From Octopus vulgaris (Eukaryota), in the NCBI GenBank assembly GCA_951406725.2, contig OX597827.1:28458001-28522000 (forward strand): DNA of 64,000 nt. The letters are read 5' to 3'. Under the pieces are notes generated by a model. That model was given only the letters and a program-made list of their open reading frames with translations. It ran no database searches and was not told the origin of the DNA. The position numbers were made by a program, and so were the translations under genes. This document shows, one piece after another, positions 38,792 through 51,465 of the stretch; the stretch's first letter is position 1, and every line of letters begins with the position of its first letter.

Positions 38792-41700
38792 AAGATACAA
38801 GAAACAAGATACAAGATACAAGAAACAAGATACAAGAAACAAGATACAAGAAATTCTATTGTACCTGTTAAAGATAGTCAGGAAAACGAAAAAACAACAG
38901 TAACTGAAGATCTCGCATTTGCTGAAGAACACAGAGAGTCTATGGCAGAAATGAGGCAGAAAATCCTGAATACGCTTGAAGTTGTAAGACATACAAGTAT
39001 GAATGATAGAGAACCACTTCATAAACTCTCAAATACAAACCAAAATAAAGAACAAATCCAAATTGGCAACTATGTAACAAATGAAATAATACGAGAATTA
39101 AAACCTGATTTTACTGAGTTAAATGAAATTATTTACGCTTCTGCTAGGGCAATTGAAACCAGCTGTATGCCCCCGAAAAAACAAAGAAAACAAAACCTGG
39201 GAAGAAATCAAACCTGGAGAAGTAAAATTGAAAAAGAGATTGAATTTATGAGAGGGGAAATATCAATATTAAATGAACTAATATGTGGAAATGATGTAAG
39301 ATCCAGAACAGGAAGAAAGATGAAGAGAAAATTTGGATCCTCACCAAGAGAAGAACTGATATCAATAAAAGAAACGCTGAAACAAAAAGTCCAAGCAAAA
39401 GCCCAAAGAATACGAAGATTTGAGAAGAGAAACAAGTTTTACAAGCAAAATAAGCTGTTCACATCCAATGCCAAAAAATTCTACAGAGAAATAAGGAAGG
39501 AGAAAGTAACCGTTAAAGACCCCCTCCCATGGAAGAAGTTCAAAACTTTTGGAAAAGGATTTGGAGTGACAAGAAGACGTACAACATAAATGCAGACTGG
39601 ATTAGACAAACTGAAGGATCCTACCAAAATTTACAACAACAAGCATGGGAAGACATCACAATAGGAGACCTAAGAAAGGCACTCACGAAGGCCCATAATT
39701 GGAAATCCCCCGGTAAAGATAGGGTGCCGAATTTCTGGCTCGCATCGCTCCCATGGGCACACGGTAAGCTAGTTCAGCTGCTCAATGGAATTATGAGAGA
39801 CCCAAAGAAAACACCTTAATGGTTAGCAAAGAATAACGAAACCAACCTTCCAAATAACTATCGGCCTATAACCTGTCTATCCACCACGTATAAAATCCTA
39901 ACATCTATCCTGGCGGAGAAAACATATGCATTCATGGAGAAGAACGATATTTTCCCCATTGAACAAAAAGGGTGCCGCCGAGGCTCTTACGGATGCAAAG
40001 ATCAACTGCTGATCAATCGTATGATCCTTGAGAACTGTCACAACAAGCGCAGAAATCTCAGCACCGCATGGATTGACTATAAAAAGGCCTTCGACAGTAT
40101 ACCGCATCCATGGATCTTGAGATCGCTGGACATCTTCAAAATTTCCCCTGTGATTTCAAACTTCCTGAAGCACAATATGTCGTTGTGGAATACGAATCTC
40201 CAATTATACCACTCTAATGGAGTACTTGACTCAGAAAATATAAACATCAACTGTGGAATTTTTCAAGGTGACTCACTTTCACCTTTAATATTCTGCATAG
40301 CCCTAATATCCCTTACAAGTGAATTAAACAGAACAGGGTATGGGTATAAAATTGCCAATAAAAAAATAAGCCATCTATTTTATATGGATGACTTAAAACT
40401 TTATGGTAAAGACAATAATGAACTTGAAGGCCTATTGCACACCGTGAAAGCATTCAGCGATGACATCGGGATGGAGTTTGGACTTGAGAAGTGTGCCAAG
40501 GCCACTTTCCAGAAAGGGAAAGTGAAGACCACAAATTCAGTCGTGTTAGATGTTGACACAGTCATAAGAGAGCTTGAGCAAGAACAAACATACAAATATT
40601 TAGGGATAAATGAAGGCTCTGGTATTCAGCATGCAAGCATGAAAGAGAAAATCAGGAAGGAATGTTATAGGAGAGTTCGTGCAGTCCTGAAATCTGAACT
40701 AAATGCACGTAACAAGGTGTTAGCTATAAATTCCTTAGCAGTTCCAGTTGTTACTTATAGCTACAATGTGTTGAACTGGAATATGAGTGAAGTAAAGAAT
40801 ATAGATAGGAAATACGCAAGCTGCTGAGTTGTAATAGGATGCACCACCCAAAGGCAGACGTAGATCGCCTTTACCTTCCCAGAGCCCAAGGAGGTCGAGG
40901 CCTGATCCAGTTTGAACTAGCTTACAAAACAACCACAATTGGACTGGCCAAATATCTCGAAATATCGAATTACTGGATGCTAAAGCTCGTGGAAAATCAC
41001 GAGAGACGAAAGAAGCTTCATTCTATCATAAAGGAAAGCAAAAAATTTGCTATTGATCTCGTGCAGGATACCCAAACTGAACAACCCGAGGGAAGTACGG
41101 CAACTATTGTTGCAAAGAAGGTGAAAATGATGGCAATGAAAAAAGCGCACGAGCAATTGGCTGATAGGTGGGAGGAGAAACCTCTGCACGGCAAATATGT
41201 GACCCGCAGCAAACAAGCTGATGTTGACCAGAAGCAAACCCATCAGTGGCTACGGAGCTCAGGGCTAAAAGCAGAGAGCGAAGGTTTCATCCTGGCTGCT
41301 CAAGATCAAAGCCTATTAACCCGGAACTACCAGGCCAATGTGATGAAAAATGGAGCAGACCCAAAAAAGCCGATTCTGCAACGACATGATTGAAACAGTG
41401 GACCACCTAATCTCTGGATGTAAAGTCTTAGCACCAGTGGAGTATAAATTAAGACATGACAGAGTTGGCCAATATCTCCACTGGCTAATAAGTTGGCATT
41501 ACAATATCAAAACTGCCGACAAGTGGTATAATCACCACCCTGAGGCTGTAACTGAAGGACAAAATGTAACCATTCTGTGGGACTTTCCAGTACATACAGA
41601 CCGACCCATCAAGGCCAATAAACCAGATATTGTTGTGAAAGACCAAAACAATAAAGTTTGCTTATTGATCGACATGAGCATCCCCTGTGATCATAATATC

Positions 41701-42112
41701 TCAGCGAAAGAGTTTGACAAGCTCAGAAAATATAAAGACCTACTCATTGAAATTGAGAAAATGTGGCATCTCAAGGCGGTTACAATACCAGTGATCGTAG
41801 GAGCACTAGGAATGATCAAGAAGTGAACCGAAAATTATATGAGAATGATCCCTGGCTTACCATCCCTGCAAGAAGTGCAATAGATTGTCTTAACTGGTAC
41901 ATCACACGTATTGAGAAGAGCATTGTCGATGTGAGAACTGTTGCTGCTCATGTATTTTAATTTAACTTTAAAATAAATAAATAAATAAATAATAAACGAA
42001 CTACTGAGTTTGGTTTAATGGCTTACCAATGTATACTATGAGTTTCTTTGCCCTAGGAGTCGGGAAGACACTCGGCAAGAAATGGAAGCAAATTTGAAAG
42101 AAGAAAAAAAAA
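38792..42112 (+). mobile_element. Long 5'-truncated R4/Dong-clade LINE, subfamily F, frameshifted
   Basis: ORFs 38627-39589, 39934-40827 (GIFQGDSLSPL, HLFYMDDLKL), 40839-41393 and 41350-41826 (RHD, NKPDIV..IDMSIP); (TAA)n on both sides. Confidence 0.93.
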
Positions 42113-42164
<52 letters not shown>

Positions 42165-42340
42165 CAACATTGAAAAATACCTTAGGAATGAGAATCCAGA
42201 TTGGAAATTTCCCCAAGACACCTGATGATGCTGGAGGGTATATCAGCCGAAACGTTGAGTTAACAACAAACAAGATGAGGACAAATATCCGTTAAATGTA
42301 AATAATGTACATAATTTCTCATCTCTTGAATATAGAACTA
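42165..42340 (+). mobile_element. Short hammerhead-bearing element adjoining a (TAA)n tract
   Basis: Homologous to 31712-31872. Confidence 0.65.
42218..42260 (+). ncRNA. Minimal type I hammerhead motif, canonical core
   Basis: acac-CTGATGA-t-gctg(gagggtatat)cagc-c-GAAA-cg-T-T-gagt. Confidence 0.6.
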
Positions 42341-42591
42341 TAAAGAATACGTACAGACACGCCCATGTCTATGTATAAAGAATAGCAAGCATTCAAACAT
42401 TGTTACATACAGTCTAATATTTAGAGAGGCATAGGTCGATCTGTTGGTAAAAAGTTTTGCTTCTCAGCCACTTGGTTCCAGTTTTAGTGCCACTGCGAGA
42501 CACCTTGGGCAGATGTCCTTTGCTATAGACCTGGACCGACCGAAGTCGCGTGAGTGGGTTTGGTTGGCGGATACAGAAAGAAGCCCGTCGC

Positions 42592-42622
<31 letters not shown>

Positions 42623-42777
42623 TTGAATAATTTTCACTAACATTATTTAGAATAATGTTAATAATAAAGTGGTTAGCAAGTTTAGACATTTATAGGGAAA
42701 ATATAAATGAAATACACAAGGGCGTTGCTAAGAGCATTGTGTTTTAGAGCGACAGCTCTGTTCATAGGAAGTGGAAT

Positions 42778-42833
<56 letters not shown>

Positions 42834-42842
42834 TATATATAT

Positions 42843-43169
42843 AACAATGCAGCGTGGAAGGTGTTTATAAGCCATTTAAGGAACACACAAAAGCCGTTCG
42901 ATTCACTTCAACATTTAAGTTTAATTTGTCAAAATATTTTCGTCGCTAAAATCCGCGACCTGTTCACTGACAAAAATCCGTGCTTGTCAGTGAACAGGTC
43001 GCGGATTTTAGCGACGAAAATATTTTGACAAATTAAACTTAAATGTTGAAGTGAATCGAACGGCTTTTGTGTGTTTCTTAAATGGCTTATAAACACCTTC
43101 CACGCTGCAATTGTTTTCGTTTCAGCACACGATCTCAGATCAAATTACTTGCTGTGCGAGTACATCTCC

Positions 43170-43171
<2 letters not shown>
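42843..43171. mobile_element. Fold-back element in (TA)n with near-perfect ~130-bp arms
   Basis: Arms 42843-42973 / 42984-43115 with a ~10-nt loop; family member at 3362-3690. Confidence 0.9.
42984..43031 (+). ncRNA. Type I hammerhead-like motif, G3-C8 variant; mirror copy on the minus strand at 42925-42975
   Basis: ttgtca-GTGAACA-g-gtcgc(ggatttta)gcgac-GAAA-atat-T-T-tgacaa: perfect stems I and II, palindromic stem III aatatt. Confidence 0.65.
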
Positions 43172-43212
<41 letters not shown>

Positions 43213-43218
<6 letters not shown>

Positions 43219-43795
43219 ATAAAATACAGTGCACGTTTAAACACATAAGGAATCCTCTCGTGGGATTTAACACGATAGAAAGTACAGCTAGGTTCTATTT
43301 AAGTTCCATTTCCCTTTGATTTGATTAAGTATTGTATGTTTTTGGATAATTTTCGGTTTTAAAAGTTAGCATTTTTTATTGCCGGCGAAGGGCTGCATCT
43401 GCGCAGTAGATTTTGAAAAAAATTAAGATGTATAAACAAGATGCACATAGTTGATCGCATCGTGTTTATATATTTAATCTAAGGTGTACCTGTGGAGAAC
43501 GATTTCACCTAGCTGGTAAATGGCATTTAATCCGAAACCAATTGGTCCAGGAAACTAGGTGGTGAAATGTTTTTATTTTCATTTCGTTCCTGTCGAATTT
43601 TATCCCTGATTTTGTGGTTATAGAACCTAGGTGTTCTTTCTAGCGTGTTGAATCCCACGAGTGGATTCCTTATGTGTTTAAATGTACACTGTATTTTATG
43701 ACTAATTCATATTCTTTTAGGACTAAATTTTTACACGTTAGGTCACTGGAAATGAAAATTTCTATTAATTTCCATTTCCCTTTGATATGATTATA
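43213..43795. mobile_element. Element with ~85-bp inverted repeats and a short direct repeat, resembling an inverted Penelope terminal repeat
   Basis: IR 43213-43297 / 43619-43703; ttccatttccctttgat.tgatt at ~43305 and ~43770. Confidence 0.7.
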
Positions 43796-43799
43796 TCTT

Positions 43800-44213
43800 T
43801 ACTCTTACTCTTTTACTCTTGTACTTGTTTTAGTCATTTGACTGCAGTCATGCAGGAGCACCGCCTTTAGTCAAGCAAATCGACCCCGGGACTTATTCTT
43901 TGTAAGCCCAGTACTTATTCTATCGGTCTCTTTTTGCCGAACCGCTAGGTGACGGGGACGTAAACACACCAGCATCGGTTGTCAAGCAATGCTAGGGGGA
44001 CAAACACGGGCACACAAACACACACACACACATATATATATACATATATACGACAGGCTTCTTTCAGTTTCCGTCTACCAAATCCACTCACAAGGCATTG
44101 GTCGGCCCGAGGCTATAGCAGAAGACATTTGCCCAAGATGCCACGCAGTGGGACTGAACCCGGTACCATGTGGCTGGTTAGCAAGCTACTTACCACAGAG
44201 CCACTCCTGCACC
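43800..44213 (-). mobile_element. Complete SINE with internal microsatellite
   Basis: tRNA-like head (rc ggtgcaggagtggctctgtggtaag..gggttcagtccc) and simple-repeat tail (gagtaaaa)n. Confidence 0.88.
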
Positions 44214-44234
44214 TATATATATATATATATATAT

Positions 44235-44990
44235 ATATGAAAAAAGGTTTGAAAATGCAATTTTAAAAGATGTTTATTTACTTTACCGGTTTCACTCTTT
44301 GGAAAAAGATTGTCAAAAGTAACATGTAGAAGTTTGGTTGCGTTAATTATTGGTTATTGCAAATTGCTACATTACATATATACAGTCTTTGGTAACAAGG
44401 ACATGTTAAGGACATAAAAAATTTAAAGAAATTCCTTAAAATATTGGGCACAAAAGATTACAGCATAAATAATCATTCTGAAGAACATGTTTAAGATAGT
44501 TTCCAGAAGGAATTAAAAAGTTCAGTGGGGTATTGGTATTGGTATTGTATCTGTATATTCAAACACGCACAGAATATTGGTTGACACAGAATACTACAAT
44601 ACATATATATATATACATTCTTTGGTGACAAGAGCATGTTGAGAACATATAAAAGTTTAACAAGTTCCTTGAAATATTGGACACAAAAGATTACAACAAA
44701 TATATTATACATTCTCAAGATAATTTCCAGAAGGAATTATTAAAAAGTTCAGTGGAATATTGGTATACACGCACAGAATATTATGAGTTCAAAAAGGTTT
44801 GAACTCAATAGCAATATCCCACTGAACTTTTTAATAATTCCTTCTGGAAACTATCTTAACCATGTTCTTGAGAATGATTATTTATGTAATCGGTAAAGTA
44901 AGTAAACATCTTTTAAAATTGCATTTTCAAACATTCTTTCTTATATAATTCCACTCGTGCGGTACCCTACAACTCCACTTTGTAATATAT
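44235..44990. mobile_element. Element in (TA)n with ~55-bp inverted ends plus internal direct and inverted duplications
   Basis: IR 44240-44288 / 44890-44940; block 44400-44540 repeated at 44630-44765 and inverted at 44810-44890. Confidence 0.7.
44278..44322 (-). ncRNA. Hammerhead-like motif, U3-A8 variant
   Basis: Reverse complement ttactt-TTGACAA-tcttt(ttcc)aaaga-gt-GAAA-ccgg-T-A-aagtaa. Confidence 0.55.
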
Positions 44991-45051
44991 ATATATATAT
45001 ATATTTTCTCCAGTTTCAGCTCAGAGTTGCAGCCATAGATATATATATATA

Positions 45052-45619
45052 CTTGTGGTATATTCTATTAAGAACGTAGTAAAATACAGTATAAAGCTCG
45101 TCCACTTTCAGATGTCACTCTATGCGCTCCAGTAGTTCTATTATACGTACTCCAGTTGTTTTTCAGTTATCTATTCACGACAGGAACCGAAACGCAAACC
45201 TGGAAGTAGGTATAATACTACTACTGTATAGCAGAGGGGGAAACCTGAAGGTGAACGAGCTTTATACTGCACTGTAATACGTTCTTAACAGAATATACCA
45301 TAACCAATATTGACAGAAACCATGAAACAGGTATAAGTTGCTTTTTACATTAGAGTACTATAGAATGGAGAAAGTAAAGCTCGACCTCTCACTCACAGAC
45401 ATCCCCATACCAAGCAAAAGCGAATGCTTAAAACAACTATCAGCAAACACAAGCTAATTCATAAGAAGAATGAGATGGAAAGCATTCTTATATGAAACGA
45501 AAAACAGAACACAGGGATACCAGAAGGAAGAAAAGGCACTCAAGAAAGAGTTCAAATCCCTGAGAACCCACCAACAAATCAACATCTAACACAATTCGAA
45601 GAACTCTACAAAATAATAA

Positions 45620-45620
<1 letters not shown>
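45052..45620 (+). mobile_element. 5' end of a Penelope-like element: diverged hairpin followed by the ORF N-terminus
   Basis: Inverted arms ~45056-45155 / 45200-45300; from 45365 translates [37 protein letters not shown] with one stop, resembling Penelope N-terminal motifs. Confidence 0.65.
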
Positions 45621-45688
<68 letters not shown>

Positions 45689-45696
45689 GTACATAT

Positions 45697-45727
<31 letters not shown>

Positions 45728-45728
45728 C

Positions 45729-45761
<33 letters not shown>

Positions 45762-45883
45762 CGTATGTATGTCTGTGTTTGTGTTTGGTCATGCTACCGC
45801 TTGACAACCGGTATAAATTCCTTTATGAATTCCGAACTTAGCTGTTCGGCCATAGACGATATTTATAAGTACTAAGCTTAAAC

Positions 45884-45997
<114 letters not shown>

Positions 45998-45998
45998 C

Positions 45999-46037
<39 letters not shown>

Positions 46038-46942
46038 GGTACTGGGGTTGATTCATTCAACTACAACTCTACGCGGTGCTGCCCCGGCATGGTTGCAGTC
46101 TAATGAATGAAAAACAGAAGAAAAAGAGAGCGTAAGATATAAACGCCATTTTAGTTCACTCAGCATTCTATCTAAGGTATTAGATCCCTCAGAAAGCTTT
46201 ATATATGATATTCTTTATAAAATTATTTCAACCAAAGAAGAAAGTGATATCCTTATCCCATTTATAGATGGTCGCCTTCTTATTTGCCAGATTAATTCGG
46301 TTGATCTGAAGCTGTCATGAAATGTATGCAAGTCGATAGCTCCGCGAAGTAAAGTTTGAGAAAAGAACAGGTTCTTGTTCTGAATGCTTATGAGAAAAGT
46401 TTGGCTTAAATTGCGCTTGTGCACCTGTACACTTACTTGGCCTATGTTACACCTGTGCATTTGTACGCTTGTTTTATGACCAGCGGATAAAAGTAAAATC
46501 CACGCAAGTTTTCAAGTCAGAAATCGATTTTTTTCTTTTACCTTAAGTTCATTACTAATGGAAGCAGACATATCAAAAGAAAGATGAAAGTTGCATACAA
46601 GTAGCTTTTTTGCGCAAATTCTTAGTAAAAGCAAAAAAAAAAAAACGACTCAATGAAATATTGGTTGTAACAGAGTGAACTTAAGGAAATTGCACCTGAG
46701 AACTATGTAGTCGTGTCAAGCAGAACTGTGGAGCTTACCAAGGTTTCTTTTTTGTTTTGTTTCTCATCTATGTTACGTAATCAAAGATCTAATGAGTAAT
46801 AACTTACCGCAGGAAATAATTAGCAATCAAAACAGAAGCAAAATCAATACACACGCAGAAGCATATATGCATGTGTACACAAATACAAGCATAAATTTAT
46901 ATATATATATACAGGTAGATATTTACATATATATATACATAC

Positions 46943-46983
<41 letters not shown>

Positions 46984-47714
46984 GGTATATGCACGCATTA
47001 CATACACACACACATATACACAACACACACATATGTGTATGTATGCATGTATGTATATGTATTCGTTTGTGCTTGTGCCAATGAAATTCTCTTGTTATAT
47101 CCAATTATATATTTTCAAAGTTGGCTTTAGATCGTCCTTCGCTGCAACAGGTTTCATTTTGTGAACACAAGGAAACCTGATTCTCTGAATAGACGGTTCC
47201 CAACCAAACAACGTCACATCACATCTTGTCCCTTTGTACTACGAAGTGTTCACATATTGTATTTCGCTTCTTCCTGTCTGAGTCGCTGCTTTTGTGTACT
47301 CCAGCACACTTTCCAGCCAATAATCCCATATTCTAAAATCATGATCAAACCAGAAGAGGAATGATAAACCCTAAGTCATGTTTGTGCTCCAGATTCTCTC
47401 ATATATTCTGTAGAAAATCGGGAGTTAACCATGACTCATTCATTATCCGTGAATCACAGATTAAGTTAAAGTTCTTACAACAGTGTGGACTCCACAAACA
47501 ACATCTGAATTGTATGTAATGAGCTGGAACGGAGGATTGTGTTGTAAGAAATTTCCTTCTTCGCTACATGCTTCCGAGTTCAGTCCCGTTACGTGGCATC
47601 TCAGGCAACAGTCATTTTCTATAGCCTTGGGCCGTTCAAAATCTTGTGAGTGGATTTGGTAGACGGAAACTGAAAGAAGTTCGTCGTGTATATATATATA
47701 TATATATATATGTA

Positions 47715-49690
47715 TTTTCCCCACACAACGGACCTCCACAATCCACGCTTCACCTGGAACAACGATTTATATTTACTTTGCGGGCTAATATCCCGCACGG
47801 ACTTAACACTGCCCCCTCCTCTTAGTGACTGCTTCTACACCTCCCGCAACAAGCAACATTATTTCTTCTTTCTTCTCTTCTCTTTTTTTCATTTACTTTC
47901 ATTGCGTGCAATTACGTATTTTTTATTGTTTTATAATTTTTTTTATTGTATATAATTTTATTGTTTTTATAAATTATTGTTTTTATACACGAACACATAC
48001 ACACACACATACTCACATACCCACGAACACACACATACCTCCCACATACCACGCACATACAACATACATACATGCACATATACGCACACATACTTCCATA
48101 CACATACACACACGCATACATACACATATACACACACCCACATACACCCTCGCGCACACACACATATGCGCGTACACACACACACGTACACAAACGTACA
48201 CACACACAGGAATGCACAGAAACCTATCCCATCCAACCCCACGCACACACAGACACACACACATGAACGTACACACAAGAACATACACGCACATACACAA
48301 GCACACGCGCGTACGCACAATAAAATGAACACAACCTGACACACATCTCCACGTTCACACACACGCACACAACCTGACACAGGTCTACACGTTCTCACAC
48401 ACACATATACACACGCACGCACATGCACACACGCACCTACACATACACTCACATACATACGCACATAATACACGCACACACACATATACACACGTACATA
48501 CACGCACACACCAGTACAGATGCCCACATATACCTCCAACAAACAATACTCATACAGATACGCACACAATTATACACACATGGGCACAGATAAACACGCA
48601 CATACACGCACGTAAGCACACACACGCACACAAACACACGCATGCACATTACGCCTACACAACTCAAAAAAACCCACACACGCGCATACACAAATTCACA
48701 TACACACCTATACATATACATACACACAATATATGCCTACACGCGTACACACACATACACATGCGTATACACATATAGGCACAGACACACACACACACAC
48801 GTACACAAAAACATGCGCACACATACGCACGCACACACGCACACGAATGCACACACCCAACACTCACAACCCCACGGATACACGTATATACACCCACATA
48901 CGTTTACACACATACACAAATGAACCCACACATACATCCCATACACACAGCACACAATTATACACACACACACAATTATACATACATGTGTACACACATA
49001 CGCACGTACAAGCACACACGCACACATACACAAAGTAAAGCATAGTTATTCGCCACATACACAAACTCTACGCATACACATACGAACACACACATACACA
49101 CACAACAAACAAAACAGACACACACAACAAACAAAAACAGACACACAATACATATACATACACGCACACACACAGACATACTTCAAACTAGCAGTACCTC
49201 TCACTGACCATGGGTAGACAGAAGAGCCGCTCCTAATTCCTTCTTCCTTGACCTTAAACAATACTAAACCCTGCAACACACATAGATTTACAGCCACAAC
49301 CACACACACACGCACACACACGTGTTATCATTGCACACATACACACATATACACACACGCACACGCAGACCTTCGTGCACGCACATATCCACACTTACAC
49401 ACACATACCTCCTCTTGCACTCTCCTGTCTTTGCAAGAACTTTTCTTCACCCATTTTCTCCCGATCATTTAAAATGTGACCGCGTGTGTACCGTTGGCGA
49501 TTTCTTTTCCTCCGTCTTCCCTTCTTTGGATCTTTCCTTTTGCTATGTTTCTGACGAAGAGCCCCGCTCGAAACGTTAAACCCTCCTTCTTCCCTTCCTT
49601 TCTGAGCGTCCAATAATACTACATTTGTCCCACATCCTCGCGTTGTTGTGTTTTCTCTTTGTGCTGTCATGTTTGGATTAACTGTGTTTA
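47715..49690 (+). mobile_element. Penelope-like 3' end: endonuclease C-terminus, ~1.4-kb degenerate (CA)n region, then terminal repeat with hammerhead
   Basis: 47754-47825 translates LEQRFIFTLRANIPHGLNTAPSS*; hammerhead at 49547; ends in (TA)n. Continuity across the CA region is inferred. Confidence 0.6.
49547..49581 (+). ncRNA. Minimal type I hammerhead motif, canonical core
   Basis: gttt-CTGACGA-a-gagc(ccc)gctc-GAAA-cg-T-T-aaac. Confidence 0.7.
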
Positions 49691-49731
49691 TATATATATA
49701 TATATATATATCCTTTTCTACTATCTTACTG

Positions 49732-49764
<33 letters not shown>

Positions 49765-51465
49765 GATTCTTCATTCTTTCTGGTTTTCTCTACAACCATT
49801 CCCTTTTTTCTCTCCCTTTCTCTTGGTCCTCCTCCTCCCTCTCGTCGCTGACCCGCGACGAGAGCTCTACTACTGTCTTTCTGACCTGGCTTCCTTCAAG
49901 TGTAGATGGCATTTTCTGTGGCTCCTTCACCGTTCTCAAAAATAGCGTTCGTAATACTTTATCTCGTTCGGCTTAACAGCCCTTCTTGTCTGTGTTACTG
50001 TTATTCTCCTTGTCCTGTCTTTTACTTTTTATATTTTGTACTGTCGTTACTGTCCTGTTTTTGTTACAATTTTTACCCCTCCGCAAAAAGATCTCAAATT
50101 CTATTTAATTTGCTTTTCGCGGGAAGGAAAGTTTCAATCGAAGATGCGTCTCGCCTTCACCTTCGAAACGCAGAGTAGATGAAACCATGGCGACTGAAGA
50201 AGGGGAATTTTCCTTGTGTTATTTGTCCTGTACTCTATTTTTTCGTTGTTTAAGAAAAATGTACAGTTCCTTAGTTTTTTTGTTTATGTTTTCGTTTCTC
50301 ATTGTGTTCGACGTTTTTTTTGGTGTCCTGTATCCATATATGTATGTATATATACATGTAGAGGTAGGTACGTACATATATGTATGTATATATGCATATG
50401 TTTTATTTTATTTATTAATTTATTATATATATATATATATTTATGTATGTATGTATATATATATATATATATGCATATGTATGTGTGTGTATGTGTGTGC
50501 GTATGTATGTGCACGTGCGCGCGTATGTGTGTACATCATTCTGCCTATGTATGTCCTGTACTACCTCTTGACAACTGGTGCTGGTTTATTTACGTCCCCA
50601 CAAAATAGCGGTGGGCAAAACAGACGGACACAATGTGTACTAGACTTTTAAAATATAAGTCCTGCGTTCGATTCATTCGCTTATAAATTCTTCGAGATGG
50701 TGCTCCAACATGGCTGCAGCCTAATGACTGGCACAAGATGATCGATAAAAAATACCCCAAAGGCGCGTATATTTCATCTGTGGGGTTTCCATTTAATTTC
50801 CGTTCAAAATGGTTTCTCTCCCAATACTTTGGCCCACCTGAAACTATGCCAAAGCTACACTTACAATATCCTGTGCAATAGATGGTACATGATTGTAAGG
50901 CTAGCTTCATAATGATCCCATTAACAGACCCAAGAATATTGCTTGTATATATTGTCAGGACTCAGTGACATGCCGATAATTCTGGGTATTTTACTTCTTT
51001 GTTTTAAAGCAACTTGATTTGTAAGAAACACCAGCCAAATCACCCTCATATTACGTCTTAACAAAAGGAAGTACAAATTGGATAAAACTTTACTTGATAC
51101 ACTGTACGACACCAACAAGAACAATCACATCAGGCACGGCAACAGCTTCATACGCAATGACAGACGGCATGACGTCCTCATACGAACAATTGAAGCGTTC
51201 TAATGATTCCACTAATTCTATCATAGTATTTCATTTTAATGTGTTTCCTTTGAATCTTCAGAAATTATTGATCGATAACCATTTTTCAAAAATATTGAAC
51301 TGATCGATATTTTATTAAAGAACCATACCACTACAAATTTAGAATAAGCTTTATATAGTTATTGCACATCAAAATATTGTTTATATGAAAATAATTTGTT
51401 CGTATCATTATTGTAAAGATCAGAGATCTTCTGGCAATGGGTAGTCAATACGATTTATTCTTTTA

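Noticed and set aside
46150-46850. Unique-looking stretch with paired CACCTG E-boxes and minus-strand GTAAG sites
   Set aside because: Short motifs expected by chance; no ORF or independent support
50128-50215. Hammerhead-like gtttca..GAAA-cgcagag-TA-gatgaaac and a nearby CTGAAGA
   Set aside because: Core halves are incomplete or in the wrong order, so it is not counted as a motif
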